A DNA stretch of 64,000 nt from Hormiphora californensis (GCA_020137815.1 CM035354.1:1364001-1428000); one strand, 5' to 3'; numbered from the stretch's first letter, positions 1 through 13,616 are shown. Numbers and translations: made by a program. Notes: generated by a model not told the origin, from the letters alone.

Positions 1-71
1 AAGGTGGTAAACACACATTATACTACTGAAGCTCTAACTACAGCTCAGCTGCTTTAGCACTTAATTCATAC

Positions 72-3000
72 CCCCGTCTTAGCACGTAACATGTTAGGAT
101 CATATGACATTCTCCTACTTTCGGTAGTCGGGGGACATCTCTGAAACACGTGACGTCATTACACACGTGACGTGATTAACACGTGACGTCATTACACGTG
201 TGTGACGTCATAAAACAAGTGTTAGATGAGAGGTTTTATCATCTGCATTCAATGCCTCAATGGGAAATCAATGTTTTTTAGAAGAAGATGTAATGTTGTC
301 ACAAATAAAATCAATGAATGGAAAGGAAAATTATCAAATCATGGTCTCATAAATCTTGTTGAGTGATACATATCTCAGATATTATCTGAATTTTACATAT
401 ATTGGTGCTCATTACCTTATTGGGTGTGAACTTTTTCCTCGGTGTGACATCTTTAACGATATCCTTCCTTTCTTCTTGTTCCTAGGGGGATGTTCTGTTA
501 AATAGAGTTTCATTTTGGTATCTGGTTGCCATAGCAACTTATCAACTCCTAAATTCTGTCTGAGCGGAGACCGAGAATTTAATGGGGTCAGGGGTTCAAG
601 GATAACGGGTGATAACTAAAAATTGTTACTAATTTAAAACAGCTGTAGAATTTTTTCCTTTTGAGATACAGTTTCGGGCCAGTGATAGAACGATTTTTCA
701 GACAATTTTGAATCAGAAAAATATAACGGCGATGACTAAAACGTTCATTCTCATAGCGATATCGGATCATCTCCTCTTGCCCCACCAAAGCATATAGTCC
801 GTGAAATCTACACGTTTTTCTAGCACCTCTAGCGCCTGTTCTAGTCGAAATACAGCTTCGGGACAGTGATAGAATGATTTTTAAGACAATTTTGAACGAA
901 ATTAACTTTGCTTCAAACTTCATAAATATCAATTTCCTGATCAGAATCTTCTGTAACAAAGCGTAGTTTACAGGTAATTTGAGAAATCGCCATTTCGACA
1001 TCTCTCAAAACATTAATGACCGTGGAAACCCAACTTCCCAAAGAGCCAAAATCTTCAAACTTGGCAGTTATGTTGGTTATGGCATGAACAACCAGACTTC
1101 CAATTATGAGAATTCTATCTCATCGGGAAGGTCGTTTCTGATAACATAGAAATTTCAAATCTCCGTACTATATGCTTTGGTGGGGCAAGAGGAAATGACC
1201 CGATATCGCTATGAGAATGAACGTTTTAGTCATCGCCGTTATGTTATCCTGATTCAAAATTGTCTGAAAAATCGTTCTATCACTGGCCCGAAGCTGTATC
1301 TCAAAAGGGAAAAATTCTACAGCTGTTATAAATTAGTAACAATTTTTAGTTATCACCCGTTAAATGCATTTTGAGCAATACCTAAGTGATTGGCCCTCGT
1401 GCCGGTGCGTAGGGTCCCCAACAGGGATTCACACCCATGGGCCATGGCAACCGCTCTCATCTTATATTAAATAAAATACAAGGGTCTCTATCAAGGAAAA
1501 AATCCTACCTGGATTTGTTACTCTTTATTACAAACCTGGATTGTATCGATTTTAACCTCTGGAGGGGGGACGTCCACAGGATCAGGACTATCACTAGTTT
1601 CATTTTCAGGGGTCCTGTTTTCTCTGTGGAACATCTTCATCATCTCAATAACTGTCAAATGTTCCTCCTCCCCTCCCTCTCCACCCTCTCCTCCCTGAAA
1701 AACGTTGTTGAGTAAGGGGTGGGAGACAAGAAAAATGGGGTTTTATCCTGTCAAAGCATTGGCAGTGTTTATCAACAATTTTAGTGGTCGGAGTCTGTCT
1801 GGCAGCGCCGCCACACAGTTGTCGGAGTTGATTGTTCTGAAATTTTTTTGAGATGTTCGAGCAAGAATCTACTTAGACCCCCCTCTCTGTGTGGGGACGA
1901 GGGAGTAGGGATATGTGTGGTGGCACCCACCCCTCACAATAACTCAATCCCAATGCTAGTCCAGTTGCTCTTTAGCAAAATCACGTACGTGATTTAAGAT
2001 TTTGCTAAAGACCGACCCTTCCATACGGTACAGAAGGGTCGGTCCTTGCCCTGCTGAAACTCCCCACGTAGGAACCCATTATAATAGGATTCTCAAGGGG
2101 GCAAGTAGAGGGTTATAAAATGGAGGCCGGGGGTTACATTTTTACAAAATATCCCAATTTCTTACCGTGACCCAGTAGTGATCGCTGATCTCTTTCGCTG
2201 TGATTCTATCTGCAGGGTTCACCTTCACCATACATTTTATCAGTGAAATAGCTGAAATGAGAGGGATGTAGGTTTTTACTAAAGATCACTGATTTACTAA
2301 ATCAGAGCAGCCAAAAAATAAAGAATCTCTCTTTTTAATATTTCAGTTTTTGAAAAAACAGAATGAATGAATGATGAAAGATGACATGCACTAAAAAAGA
2401 AGATCAGAAGATCTATTCAATCTAAAGCATGGGCACATGTGACTACCAGCTGTATCAATATCATGCGAGTTCCCATGGGTGTCACATTCATTACATGTGA
2501 ACTAACATGTGATATTGATACACTGGGTCCTTTTATAATTTCATAACATGGCCCTCCTATCATGCAGCTGGAAATTGAAATGGAATACGTTTGTGGTCTT
2601 CCGAGTGCATGTCAGGAATATTAAGACCTTTCCTGCATCTTTCATGGACATATGGAAGGCCAAGGGTGGCATTGCCATACACACACACACACACACACAC
2701 ACATTTGACCACGCGCGCGGCGCGTGCTTCAGACCCTGCTGCTATAGCACACTGCCGACTACATGCGGCCACTTTACATTGGTATGGTGTCACGGCGCGT
2801 ACCTGAGCCGCTGATCTCCTTCCACTCTGGTCCCTCGAAAGATATGTTCCCTGCTTTGATCATCTCATATAAGTCTTCTTCATTATCAGCCACAAATGGA
2901 GTGGCCCTACTCAGCCTGGGGGATAGAGGGATAGGACATGTTGTGGAGTTATTGAATACTATTCAAATACGATTAGAGATTAGGGAAGAAAGAAATTGTA

Positions 3001-3556
3001 TACATGACAGAGAGAGAGAAAATTTATATTTTATACAATATTTTCTGACTTCACTTTATGTTAACAGATTAGACACGTTTTGTTACTCCATCTATCGCTC
3101 TGTTGTTCTTTTCAATTCCTTCCCTATCTCTATCTCTCTAGTCTCGATACATCTTTCCTTCAATTTCTCTCTATCTCCCAATCTATCTCCCAATCTATCT
3201 CCCAATCTATCTCCCTATCTATCTCCCTATCTTTCTCCCAACTTACAAGATGTACATGATGATTCCGATACTCCAGATATCACACTGATGAGAATACCCC
3301 ACACTGTTATCCAAGATCTCAGGAGCTGGGAAAATAGAACTGATTGGTATATTGGAGATACTAAGTAGGGATATACCGTAGATATGATGATGATGATATG
3401 GGTAGAATGTGTTTGAGTAGAGGTATTATTTGGTGCTTTCAGGGAAGTAGAAGTAGGCATACCTAACATTGTGATATGGAAAGAGAAAAAAGCAAGATTG
3501 ATGTAATAATGAATCAGAAAGAGAGAGATAGATAAAGAGATAGAGAGAGAGAGAGA

Positions 3557-3644
<88 letters not shown>

Positions 3645-4546
3645 GGATGAGAAAAGCGCTTGTGACGTCATTTTTGACAAGTATCAATTTATTTTCGTGT
3701 GTGTGTGCTCACAAAAAGAAGAGACAATGTCAAGTATCGTCTCATCTCCTATCCACGCATCCTCAAAAACAATAAAATCAGCCCTGTTAGACCAATGCTC
3801 TGACCGCAGTTATCACGGGAAATGAGAATAGGTCAATGCTCTGACAGGACACATACCCATGTAAAGTGGAGTTCCGCAGGTGGTAGTCATCATTTTATCA
3901 CTCCCAAATGTGGAGTTTCCGCCCGTTATGAAGGACAACCCGAAATCTGTTACCTGGCGAGGAAAAGATGCTTTAAAATATTAATATCAGCAACTCAAGT
4001 GGAAAAGATGCTTTAAAATATTAATATCAGTAGTGGATCATTCCACCTCCAGTTGTTTGTTTGACGACGTCCAGTTTTACTAATTAGTTAATTAATGTGT
4101 AATTACCTTAATGTTAAACTTATCATTAGGATCAAGTCCACTAAGTAGGATGTTTTCCAGTTTCAAATCTCTGTGAACAATATCTGAGGAGAGAGAGGGA
4201 GATAGATAATGGGCAAAAGTGGGGCAAAAGTGTTCCATGATAACCGTATAACAGTGCAACCCCCCTTTCTACCAACCCCCCTTTTATTATTTCTACCAAC
4301 GCAATAATGATAACGTCCTCTAACCACAATGTACCCCTCCGAAATATTGGTATCGAAGACACCTCACACGCACGCTGGCAAGGGGTAACTTCGTAACCAA
4401 TCCGAAATAATACCCTCGAATCTCGACGTCCGCGTCTCGGACTTAAGGGGGGGGGGGGGGGGTTACTCACCGTTATCATGAAGATATGCCATAGAGCTAG
4501 CTAGCCGCTGGATTATTATAGCGCACTCCTGTAGGGTAAATATATA

Positions 4547-4600
<54 letters not shown>

Positions 4601-4819
4601 TGGGAGAGAGAGAGGGTGAGCGAAGAGAGAAGGCGAAAGTGTGCACGCCGAAGTAGCATTATATTGCTTATGGACTTCACTGTCGACTCTGACACGAAGA
4701 GGGATGAGAGATAGAGAGAGAGAGAGAGGAGAGAGAGATGAGAGAGAGAGAGAGAGGGAGAGAAGAGAGTCAGGAGATGACGAGAAAGAAGAAGAGGAGA
4801 GAGAGAGGAGAACGAGAGA

Positions 4820-4850
<31 letters not shown>

Positions 4851-4875
4851 GAGGAGAGAGAGAGAAGGAGAGAGG

Positions 4876-4970
<95 letters not shown>

Positions 4971-6699
4971 GAGAAAGACAAAGAGAGAGAGACAAAGAGA
5001 GACAAATAGAGAGAGCGTGTGTGAACGGTAAAGTGGGGGAGGTAGAGGGAAGAAGGCATCATAGTGGTGGTGGTGGCCTGCATTACCACAGTCATGCAGC
5101 TCTCCGTCTATTTATAGCACGGTATACCACTGTGGCTGCATGGTGCAAAATAATATGACAAGAGACTTGTCAAGACAGATATTACCCCCCTGAGTGGTCT
5201 GTTATAGGAGACAGCAGCTTTCTGTAGCAAACAAGCTTAGATAAAAGAGTTGAGTGAATACTAGGTACCCAAGATGCCCAAATCAAGGGTGTGAAGTAGT
5301 CCAACTTGATCTAGCCAATTCAATCCTGCCCTGTGAAACCCCTCATCGAAAAGTGGAGGAGCATTCAACAACAATCATAGCACTGGCAAGTGCCCCGGGC
5401 CCAAAAGGGGGGCGTGGGGGCACAGCCCCCACCATAAACGGGGGTGTGGGGGCAGAGCCCCCACCTTAGAAATACCCTCTAACTCAAAAACAAAAGATAG
5501 AGCACACGCAACACTTCTACACACAAGCGCGTGAAAACCTGCCAGTGCTACTATAATATACCATTGCAGATTTCGGGGTTTTTGATGCTTTAAAAAAGCA
5601 TGTTCCAGATGAAGTAGAGAGCTGAAATTTTGTACTCTGAGGGCCCTCATATAGGAGAAGAGGCATGCAAATTTTCAAAACGATCGGATATAAGGTAAAA
5701 ATTTGCCAGAGGGGTCCCAAAATGCAAAAATGTAAGGGAGGGGAGGGGAGGGGAGGGGGAGGGGGAGGACTTTGAGTGTTCTCCTAAACCACAAATAGTA
5801 GCGACTTGCCGTTTGGAACAGTGGTTCCTTACATCATTTCGCATGGTATAGGCTATGCGAGAACTTCGAAATCGCCATAGTTCATTTATTATTCAATAAT
5901 TAGTCATAAATTAGTCGTATCATTATTTCTAATAATAACGATATCATATGACTGGAAAGTCATTAAGACTTGAAATTGGTCACATTAGACGGGGAATGGT
6001 CGATTTATGGGGGGTCGTCCCCCGGACAAAAAGTCGTATCTCGCATCGTTTAGCCATTATTTGCATATTTATGCGCCGATTTATGATTTAATGCATATTC
6101 TGAATATTTCCACTTCAGCTGGTCCTAGAACGTTTTCATGGACATATTTCGACGCAAAATAGTCAATTTATGGGGGGTCTTACTCGGGACGAAAATCTCT
6201 ATCTCGCACCGTTAAGCCGTTATTTGCATATTTATGCACCGATTCATGATTTAATGCATATTCTTAATATTTTCACTTCGGCTGGTCCTAGAACGTTTTC
6301 ATGAACATATTCCAGCGCAGAATAGTCGATTTATGGGGGGTCGTCCCCCTAACAAAAAGTCGTATCTCTCACCGTTTAGTCGTTATTCGCATATTTATGA
6401 ACTATTCAAATTCGAAAATATGCAGAAATCAGAAAAAATAGCTTTTTCTATCTAACACCAAAAAGAACAGAAATTAAGTCCAAAAACCAATTAAATAAAT
6501 TAGTTTGGATGCCCGGGCCCATGTGGTGTCACGGGGGTAACACCTTTAGGCTACTGTCATAAATGATGGATATCGAGAGAGAGATAAAGGCAAAGGAAAT
6601 TAGGATTGAAAGAGTGAGATATAATATAAAAAGACGGAGAGAGAAAAAATGAGAGATATAGTGGAAGAAACAGTGAGAGAGAATGAGAGAGAGAAGTAG

Positions 6700-6776
<77 letters not shown>

Positions 6777-8091
6777 TAGAGATAGAAAGATTGAAGGATA
6801 ACAATTAACAATTAACGAGATATGCCGTTAATTATGGCAGTAGCCTAAAGGTGTTACCCCCGTGACACCACATGGGCCCGGGCATCCAAACTAATTTATT
6901 TAATTGGTTTTTGGACTTAATATATATGTACCTGTTCTGTAAGTTTTGATTGATCCACAAGAGATTTCAACTCTCCTCCATCGCACAGCTCCAGAAATAA
7001 ATAGAGATGCTGGAAAAGGGAGGGTTTGTTAGAAAAAGATAGAGATGCTGGGAAAGGGAGGGTTTGTTAGAAAAATATAGAAATGCTGGGAAAGGGAGGG
7101 TTTGTTAGAAATAGCTGGGAAACTGAATAAGATATACAGGGGGATGACCAAGTTATTGAGCGGCTTGCACTGAAAAAAGAAACTCGTGCAGGCATAGATG
7201 TTTTGCACCATCCCATATGTCTTTCTACTTGCTCTGTCTATCTTTCTATTTGACATCATGTCCCCAGTCCAGTGTCTAGTGTCAACCCGTAATTTTCAAG
7301 AAATTGTAGCGGTGTGTTTCAAAAAGAATAAGAAGAAATAATTCTACTACTTGCCAGGCTCTGACTGTAATATCACACCTCTTGCAGCCGCACCGGGCCC
7401 TCGGTGCGAAGAGGATAGTACTCTTATTTGAGACATTCTACTACATATAATATTTTGTATCAAAAGAGGGGGGGGGGCGGTCGACGTTTTCTCGATAATC
7501 TGCTGCATGTTGCGGCCGGTTCGTAAAGACAGTTTAGACAATGTGTATCTCACTCTGTGGCTGTTATATCTCACTCTGTACTTATAAAACCGCCGCTAAG
7601 ATAAATGTTATGATATATTTCTCCCACGTTATCAATCTGTCTTCTTTCAATCATACCATCCCATCTATCACTTTTCTCATCCTTCTTCTATACCTCTTCA
7701 CCTAGTATTCACTATACGTGAAGTCTAACATTATATCCGATTAAATATATAATGAGCATGAACTTCACGTCATGCTCTTCATGACTAGTTCCCACGATCC
7801 TGGGTGGGCTACCAACTACCAACACTTCCTCAGAATGCTTAGGAGTACTTGTTCTAGAGTGAACAATTGAGTTATTTAAAACACAGTAATTGTTCGATGA
7901 ACTACAGCTGCTACGAAGGAATGGTTTTCATTTCAATATGTGGCCTCCTATTCGTGAGAATACAGCTATCTCTCGAAAACCAAAAACAGTTTTCAAGTAA
8001 TTTCCACCTCATCTCAAGATGAATGATGGATCTATTCAAAGAGAGCTCTCTTGACCAGATCTGCTTGTCAAGTAGTGTACATTTGAGTGTG

Positions 8092-8138
<47 letters not shown>

Positions 8139-8139
8139 T

Positions 8140-8211
<72 letters not shown>

Positions 8212-8727
8212 GAGAGAGAGAAAGCTTTGAAAGAAGAACATAACATGCCTAGGAGACATATTGCTACAGGTAGGAATTCTCCTCATCCTCTGTTCAGTTC
8301 CTTAGAACCGCTCGGTAACTATCATGACCTTCATTATGATGAGGAGAGGGAGGGATAGAGAAAGATAGATAGATAGAGGGATAGAGAAAGATAGATGCAT
8401 CTGTCTACCACCCCTGACAGATCTATAACAATCCCTCCAATCCACTTTTCTAGTATTATCTAGCATATATCTTACTTTTTCAATCTCTATCTCTCACTCT
8501 TTCTCTCGTTCTCTCTCTCTCTCTCCCCCTCTCTCTCTCACTCTCTCTCACTCTCTCCATCAACCTCCAGCGGTTTTTTGCAAGGTGTGTTTCACATTAG
8601 TTTAGTTGGACATCACCAACATTACTACTACACCTTCTCTTCGGAAGAAATAACTCTAGATGAAATAATGAGAATGATCATTACATGCACACATTACTAG
8701 ACTTAGTTAGACGGGAGAGAGGAGATG

Positions 8728-8795
<68 letters not shown>

Positions 8796-8811
8796 GAAAG
8801 AGAGAGAGAGA

Positions 8812-8909
<98 letters not shown>

Positions 8910-10272
8910 GGATTAAAAAAAGAGAGAGAGAGCACATTCCACCATCTTGCCGTCTGACAAGGGAAGAAGCGTGCAGGTGGTATACATTCGACCCCACCGA
9001 AGGTACTGCAGAACTCTACTGCACTTTGAGTTGGTATGCAAGTGTAGTAGACACTGGTACAAGTACATTGTACTGCAGCTATTCGATAGCTATAATGGTG
9101 AATGATCGGATCTGGTAGTCAACTGTCAGAGCATTGGCCTAACCCTATTCTTAGGGGTCCGGACTTTGGAATAGCACCCTTCAGCAGTTATACTGCCGTG
9201 TAGAGATTTTTGAGCTGAAAAAGAATATATCATTCTTTTTTCTCTACGATACTGTTTTCTATTCATTATGGGCTCATAAATGAATGGGGTCTTCTCAAAT
9301 GCTGACAATTCCCTCAAGCGCGTTTTACTGCTCTCTCCCCGGCTTAGGGCCTATTCTCCGTGGTCAGAGCATCAGCCTGACAGTCTGTCAACGGACATTA
9401 CATTTTCAGTCAGTGCTGGAATAACTGTTAAATGTCAGAGTTACAAACCTCGCTGGTCTCGTACACTTCCTCCAGTGCAACTATGTGTGGGTGTTGCACT
9501 CGTTTCAATATGGCCACCTCCCTCTCCAACATCTTGTTAGCCATGGCACCCAACTGAAAGGGGGGATAGAGTTAGGGGGTCGTAAAGTTAGAGAAGTGGA
9601 GAGATTTGGGGGTAGGTTTAAAGACACTAGACGTTGAAATGGTTCATTGACAGTGGGAGTCATACTATCAGCTGTGTTTTATTCATAAATTCAGAGTATC
9701 TAACTGTCTGAACTAGTGGGAATGTAAAAGGATCAGAGTGAGGGGGTACATAGAGAATTACCCTCCTGTAAATAGTTTACTGTAACTAACGCTACTCAAT
9801 TTACTTGCCATCTGTCTGGGCCCAGAGAATTACTTGAGTCATATCCCAAAATTATACAAGAACATGTTGACTTGGTACATGAGAAGGTATTTTCATTGTG
9901 AAAACTTACCGAGTGTTTCTCTATCGTTTTCATTGCGAACTTTTCACCAGTGGCAATGTTAGTTGCTTTGTAAACCACCCCGAAACTTCCCTCTCCTAGT
10001 ATTTCATCTGCAATGGCATACTTATCTCGAATCGAGGAAATCCTGAAGAAATAGAATTTCTGTAAATTACTAAATTATTTGAAAAGGGAAAAGAACTTCC
10101 TCTATAAACTACTACATTGTACTGAACTCATACAGTTATACTGCAGCTGTGACTGCCACTACTGCAGTAGTCTACTACAATGTAATTACCCATCAATTCG
10201 TGTATGGTTTACGTTCCGTGGCTGGCAGCTCGACTTTGACTCAAAATACCTCATGGATCCACCATGGGACAT
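72..10272 (-). CDS. STK33: Serine/threonine kinase 33-like (CAMK group), multi-exon, 3' end runs off the window
   Basis: In-phase GT-AG exons: 10272-10190 (MSHGG..NHTRIDG), 10042-9910 ([17 protein letters not shown]), 9553-9449 ([25 protein letters not shown]), 7009-6932 ([14 protein letters not shown]), 4528-4471, 4183-4107 (HRDLKLEN), 3953-3857 ([14 protein letters not shown]), 3325-3247 ([14 protein letters not shown]), 2915-2803, 2251-2166 (RITAKE..WVT), 1694-1536 (TVIEMMK), and less certain 481-416 and 140-72. HTRI, [11 protein letters not shown], RITAKE and EMMK match STK33 as I recall it. Confidence 0.9.
605..1360. mobile_element. Non-autonomous DNA transposon (MITE) with ~190-bp terminal inverted repeats
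   Basis: 605-~797 is the reverse complement of ~1167-1360 (ACGGGTGATAACTAAAAATTG...). TA flanks both ends. Lies in an STK33 intron. Confidence 0.85.
3784..3846. repeat. Short dispersed element family (CTGTCAG...CTGACAG ends, internal CCAATGCTCTG direct repeats)
   Basis: Related copies at ~1748-1805, 9123-9382, ~11210-11245, 48065-48166 and ~54005-54032. Confidence 0.6.
4348..4400. repeat. Short dispersed repeat TTGGTATCGAAGACACCTCA...GCTGGCAAGGGGTAACTTCGTAACCAA
   Basis: Near-identical copy at 13541-13600 and an inverted partial copy at ~14775-14810. Confidence 0.7.
4549..5013. repeat. (AG)n microsatellite / purine-rich low-complexity tract (largest of many)
   Basis: Other long AG/CT tracts at ~3520-3640, 6707-6782, 8095-8220, 8730-8903, 25917-25998, 26880-26960, 43073-43200 (CT) and 51627-51831. 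Confidence 0.95.
5378..6470. repeat. Transposon-like intronic insertion with internal degenerate ~105-120-bp tandem repeats
   Basis: Four related units (GTCGATTTATGGGGGGTC...TATTTGCATATTTATG) across 5998-6400, and a short inverted pair TAGCACTGGCA/TGCCAGTGCTA at 5378/5540. Boundaries are approximate. Confidence 0.5.
6474..6920. mobile_element. Foldback/MITE-like element with ~88-bp inverted arms enclosing an AG microsatellite
   Basis: 6474-6561 is the reverse complement of ~6831-6920 with one mismatch. TTAA at both outer ends. Confidence 0.75.
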
Positions 10273-11004
10273 ACTAAATAAAGGAGTTCACTAAAACGGG
10301 TCTCAAAGTTTGTTGAGTAAGGGGTCTCAACGAGCTAAAGGAAGACCCTCCTTTACATGTAAAGGAGGAGGGTCGCGGGGCACGAAGAGAGGGTAGAACA
10401 AGGAAAGGAGAACCGAGAAGTTCAGTAAAATATCTTCCTGGTCGGCCCCTGTTAGGGTATGGACAATGATCGTCCCGAATTAATGAAACTCTATCAAACA
10501 TACACGGGGATATATTATTAGATGGACAAACGTCAAACTCAGCAGCCTTTCAATCCTTGGTGCTCTGCGCTGACAACGATTTGTGCACTAAACAGTCAAC
10601 GAAAGCATAATAAGTTGCTATTTGTGAAATTAAAGACGTAAATCTGGTAAGCACTGTAGTCCCCTCACTCCTAAAGCAACTGAAGAGCTCTAAAACGAAA
10701 CGAGAGCAAAAATTTGAAAAGTTTGTGAGAAAAAAAGAAAAAATCTCGCTGAAAATTTCAGCTTGAATTCGCTTGCGCGCGCAATTAACTTCAATAGTTT
10801 CATGCGCGCCGCAGTAATGCATCGTTTTAAAATTATATTGCCGCCGGAGGGAGAACAAAAGAACAAGACCATTTCTTTAGGTTTTCTACTCTTCGATGAG
10901 TAGTGAATAATAATACTATTATTAAATTATAAAATTACATAGATCATAAAATGATAAAAACAGGAGTCTTTCTTTTCGAGATCTCCCTGTGTGTCTGGTG
11001 TCTA

Positions 11005-12911
11005 TCAGCAGTGATCCGTCAGCTTGAAATGTTCGTCATCCACTGTGCTGTAGATATGACCTTCATTGCTAAGGAACTCAATCGCAATCCGGATCTGGGG
11101 GAGGGAAACATTGATTATGACGTGGAATAACCCCTCGGAATTATTTGATATGATTTTAGAACTAGTGAGAGGCATTTAAAAACACTGTACAAACTACAAA
11201 CTTTCTGGTAGGCCTTGATGCTCTGCCCACTGTTCTCTGCCAGCAAAATCTTGGTAAATACTCACGTCATTCATGGGCATGGAGGTCGTTGATTGTATAT
11301 CCCTAACACTAAGTCCTGTTTGATTGTCAGGAGAACACTTCTTCAGTGCGCTATACACCTGGAGAGAATGGATTTGTTAAGATCTATCTCGGAGAATGGA
11401 AAACATTATGAACTCTGACAGAGAGGTTGAACAATTGGAGAACAGCCTCAGAGAATGTCAGGGGGTGGGGGAGGAGGGATAATACCTTGGTCTGTGTCAT
11501 GGTCATTCCAGGCATGGATCCTCCCTCACTCTGAGCAGCACCGCCGTTATTGTTGAATGTTCCTGAGCACAAATCAAGGAGTTAGTTTGGTTTTTTACGA
11601 GGAGGACACTGTTTGACCAAATCTTCAAGTGTTGCACTACTTTCAATTGACATGTTTCAAGCCCACGCAGGAAAACTCAAGAATGTTTATTGGTACAGAC
11701 ATAAGGAATCAAGACAGTTAACATAACCACTGTCCAACACTAACCTGCTGAGGAGACACCACCAGAGGCGGCCAGTTTAGATCCCATCTTAGGGGCCAGC
11801 TCCTTACCGCACATGAACCTAACCACAGAGAGTCTGTGAAGTAGGAACTCATTGTGGGACTTGATCTCCTTGATAGAGAACGCCATGATACTAGGTTGCT
11901 CCTTGACGAACCGGAGATGACCCACTACTCGGACGTAGCAGTTACTACGGGGGAGGGCACTCGCATCCTGACATGAGAGGTTGGAATGTGAGGTTAACAC
12001 ATAGAGGTGTGAGGTTGAGAATCGGGTGTAACTGTAATTTACAGGGAAAGAGACCGGGGGATATAATAATTCGTGTTACCCTGCTTACATCATTATCGTT
12101 CAAGAATTTCCTAATGTAGAGGGGTTCCGGTGCTGTCCTGTCACAGATGTGATACTCGTAACAAGTTGATCCCTCAGTGATGTCCATAATGTAGCCTACC
12201 ATTTCAACCTGCACAGGAGGGGTTATGACATGATGTAACCTACCATCTCAACCTGGACAGGGTGAAGTGGGGTTATGGTGGGGTTATGACAAGATGTAAC
12301 CTACCATCTCAACCTGGACAGGGTGAAGTGGGGTTATGGAATGGAAACAATCCTACTTGTATTACTACATTATCAGGACTTACCAAATGAAGATCAATGT
12401 TTTCCTTGAAGATGAACATGTCCTTATCAGCATTGTGAACAGCTCTCCTTATCATGCAGTTGGTTACGGGAGATAAACTCTCTGGCCTGTTATTCTGGGC
12501 TTTGCTGGCTGAAGGGGGGAGGTCACATCTCAATTAGAATACCACATGAATGAGGATCCTAGACAGTTTCTGTAGCAACAAGATGCACCTCAGTACTCTC
12601 TCTACTTACAACTCAAAGGTCCTACTACTCTCTCACTACTTACCGCCAGGGGAGGCTCCTGAAGTGTTGAACCCCCCTGCATCACCAAACCCTCCACTCT
12701 CTACTACTCTCCCATTACTCTCTCACTACTTACCACCAGGGGAGGCGCCTGAAGTGTTGAATCCCCCTGCATCACCAAACCCTCCACTCTCTACTACTCT
12801 CCCATTACTCTCTCACTACTTACCACCAGGGGAGGCTCCTGAAGTGTTGAATCCCCCTGCATCACCAAACCCTCCACCTGCCTGTGAACTACCAAAATCT
12901 CCTTGGAACAT
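11005..12911 (-). CDS. RPA2: Replication protein A 32-kDa subunit
   Basis: Exons 12911-12824, 12508-12384, 12208-12089, 11967-11745, 11562-11486, 11358-11266 and 11094-11005 join in phase. Gly/Ser-rich N-terminus, OB fold (YVRVVGHLR..NEFLLHRL), and winged-helix end FLSNEGHIYSTVDDEHFK. Confidence 0.95.
12622..12877 (-). repeat. 3 x 90-bp tandem repeat spanning the RPA2 exon-1 donor site
   Basis: Unit = last 54 nt of exon 1 + first 36 nt of intron. GTAAGT donors at 12823, 12733 and 12643. Confidence 0.95.
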
Positions 12912-12921
12912 TCTAGTAACA

Positions 12922-13312
12922 AGTGTTAGGGAACTTTGTGTGATATCGTGTTAGGACGTGTTAGGGAATTTTAGTGTGATATCGTGTTAGGGAATTTTAG
13001 TGTGATATGGTGTTAGGGAATTTTAGTGTGATATCGTGTTAGGGAATGTTAGTGTGATATCGTGTTAGGGAATTTTAGTGTGATATCGTGTTAGGGAATG
13101 TTAGTGTGATATCGTGTTAGGGAATGTTAGTGTGATATCGTGTTAGGGAATGTTAGTGTGATATCGTGTTAGGGAATGTTAGTGTGATATCGTGTTAGGG
13201 AATGTTAGTGTGATATCGTGTTAGGGAATTTTAGTGTGATATCGTGTTAGGGAATGTTAGTGTGATATCGTGTTAGGGAATGTTAGTGTGATATCGTGTT
13301 AGGGAATGTTAG
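12922..13312. repeat. 26-bp minisatellite (GTGTTAGGGAATGTTAGTGTGATATC), about 15 copies
   Basis: Direct inspection. Ends about 10 nt upstream of the RPA2 ATG. Confidence 0.95.
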
Positions 13313-13616
13313 GAGGAATTCATTGGAAAATGTTTTATGACGAGATCGGGGGACTGAGGAGAGAGAGCTCAGAGAGTTTACTAACATTATCGAGTAAACA
13401 GAGACAAATGTTGCGATTAAACGAAAAAGAAACAAACAAACAAATCCCTTGCTCGACCCTGCTTCACTGCGTCCCAATTCCGGGAAATGTAAAGAGGGTT
13501 AGAACATAACAACAAATCCAACGGTGAGATGATGTACCCCTTGGTATCGAAGACACCTCAGTCCTCACGTGCGTGCTGGCAAGGGGTAACTTCGTAACCA
13601 AATGTACCCCACTATA

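Noticed and set aside
588-1374. Mirror-image ORFs on opposite strands (also 32762-33340)
   Set aside because: Products of MITE inverted arms; no transposase motifs.
4463-5095. Long SLSL/RERE ORFs here and at 3426, 6529, 7911, 8707, 25915, 26772, 42867 and 51593
   Set aside because: Translations of AG/CT microsatellites.
7690-8340. Possible + strand nested exons in the STK33 intron
   Set aside because: Candidate acceptors lead to stops, and no coherent model emerged.
12550-12954. 134-aa + strand ORF with three perfect repeats
   Set aside because: Antisense reading of the RPA2 donor-spanning 90-bp repeat.
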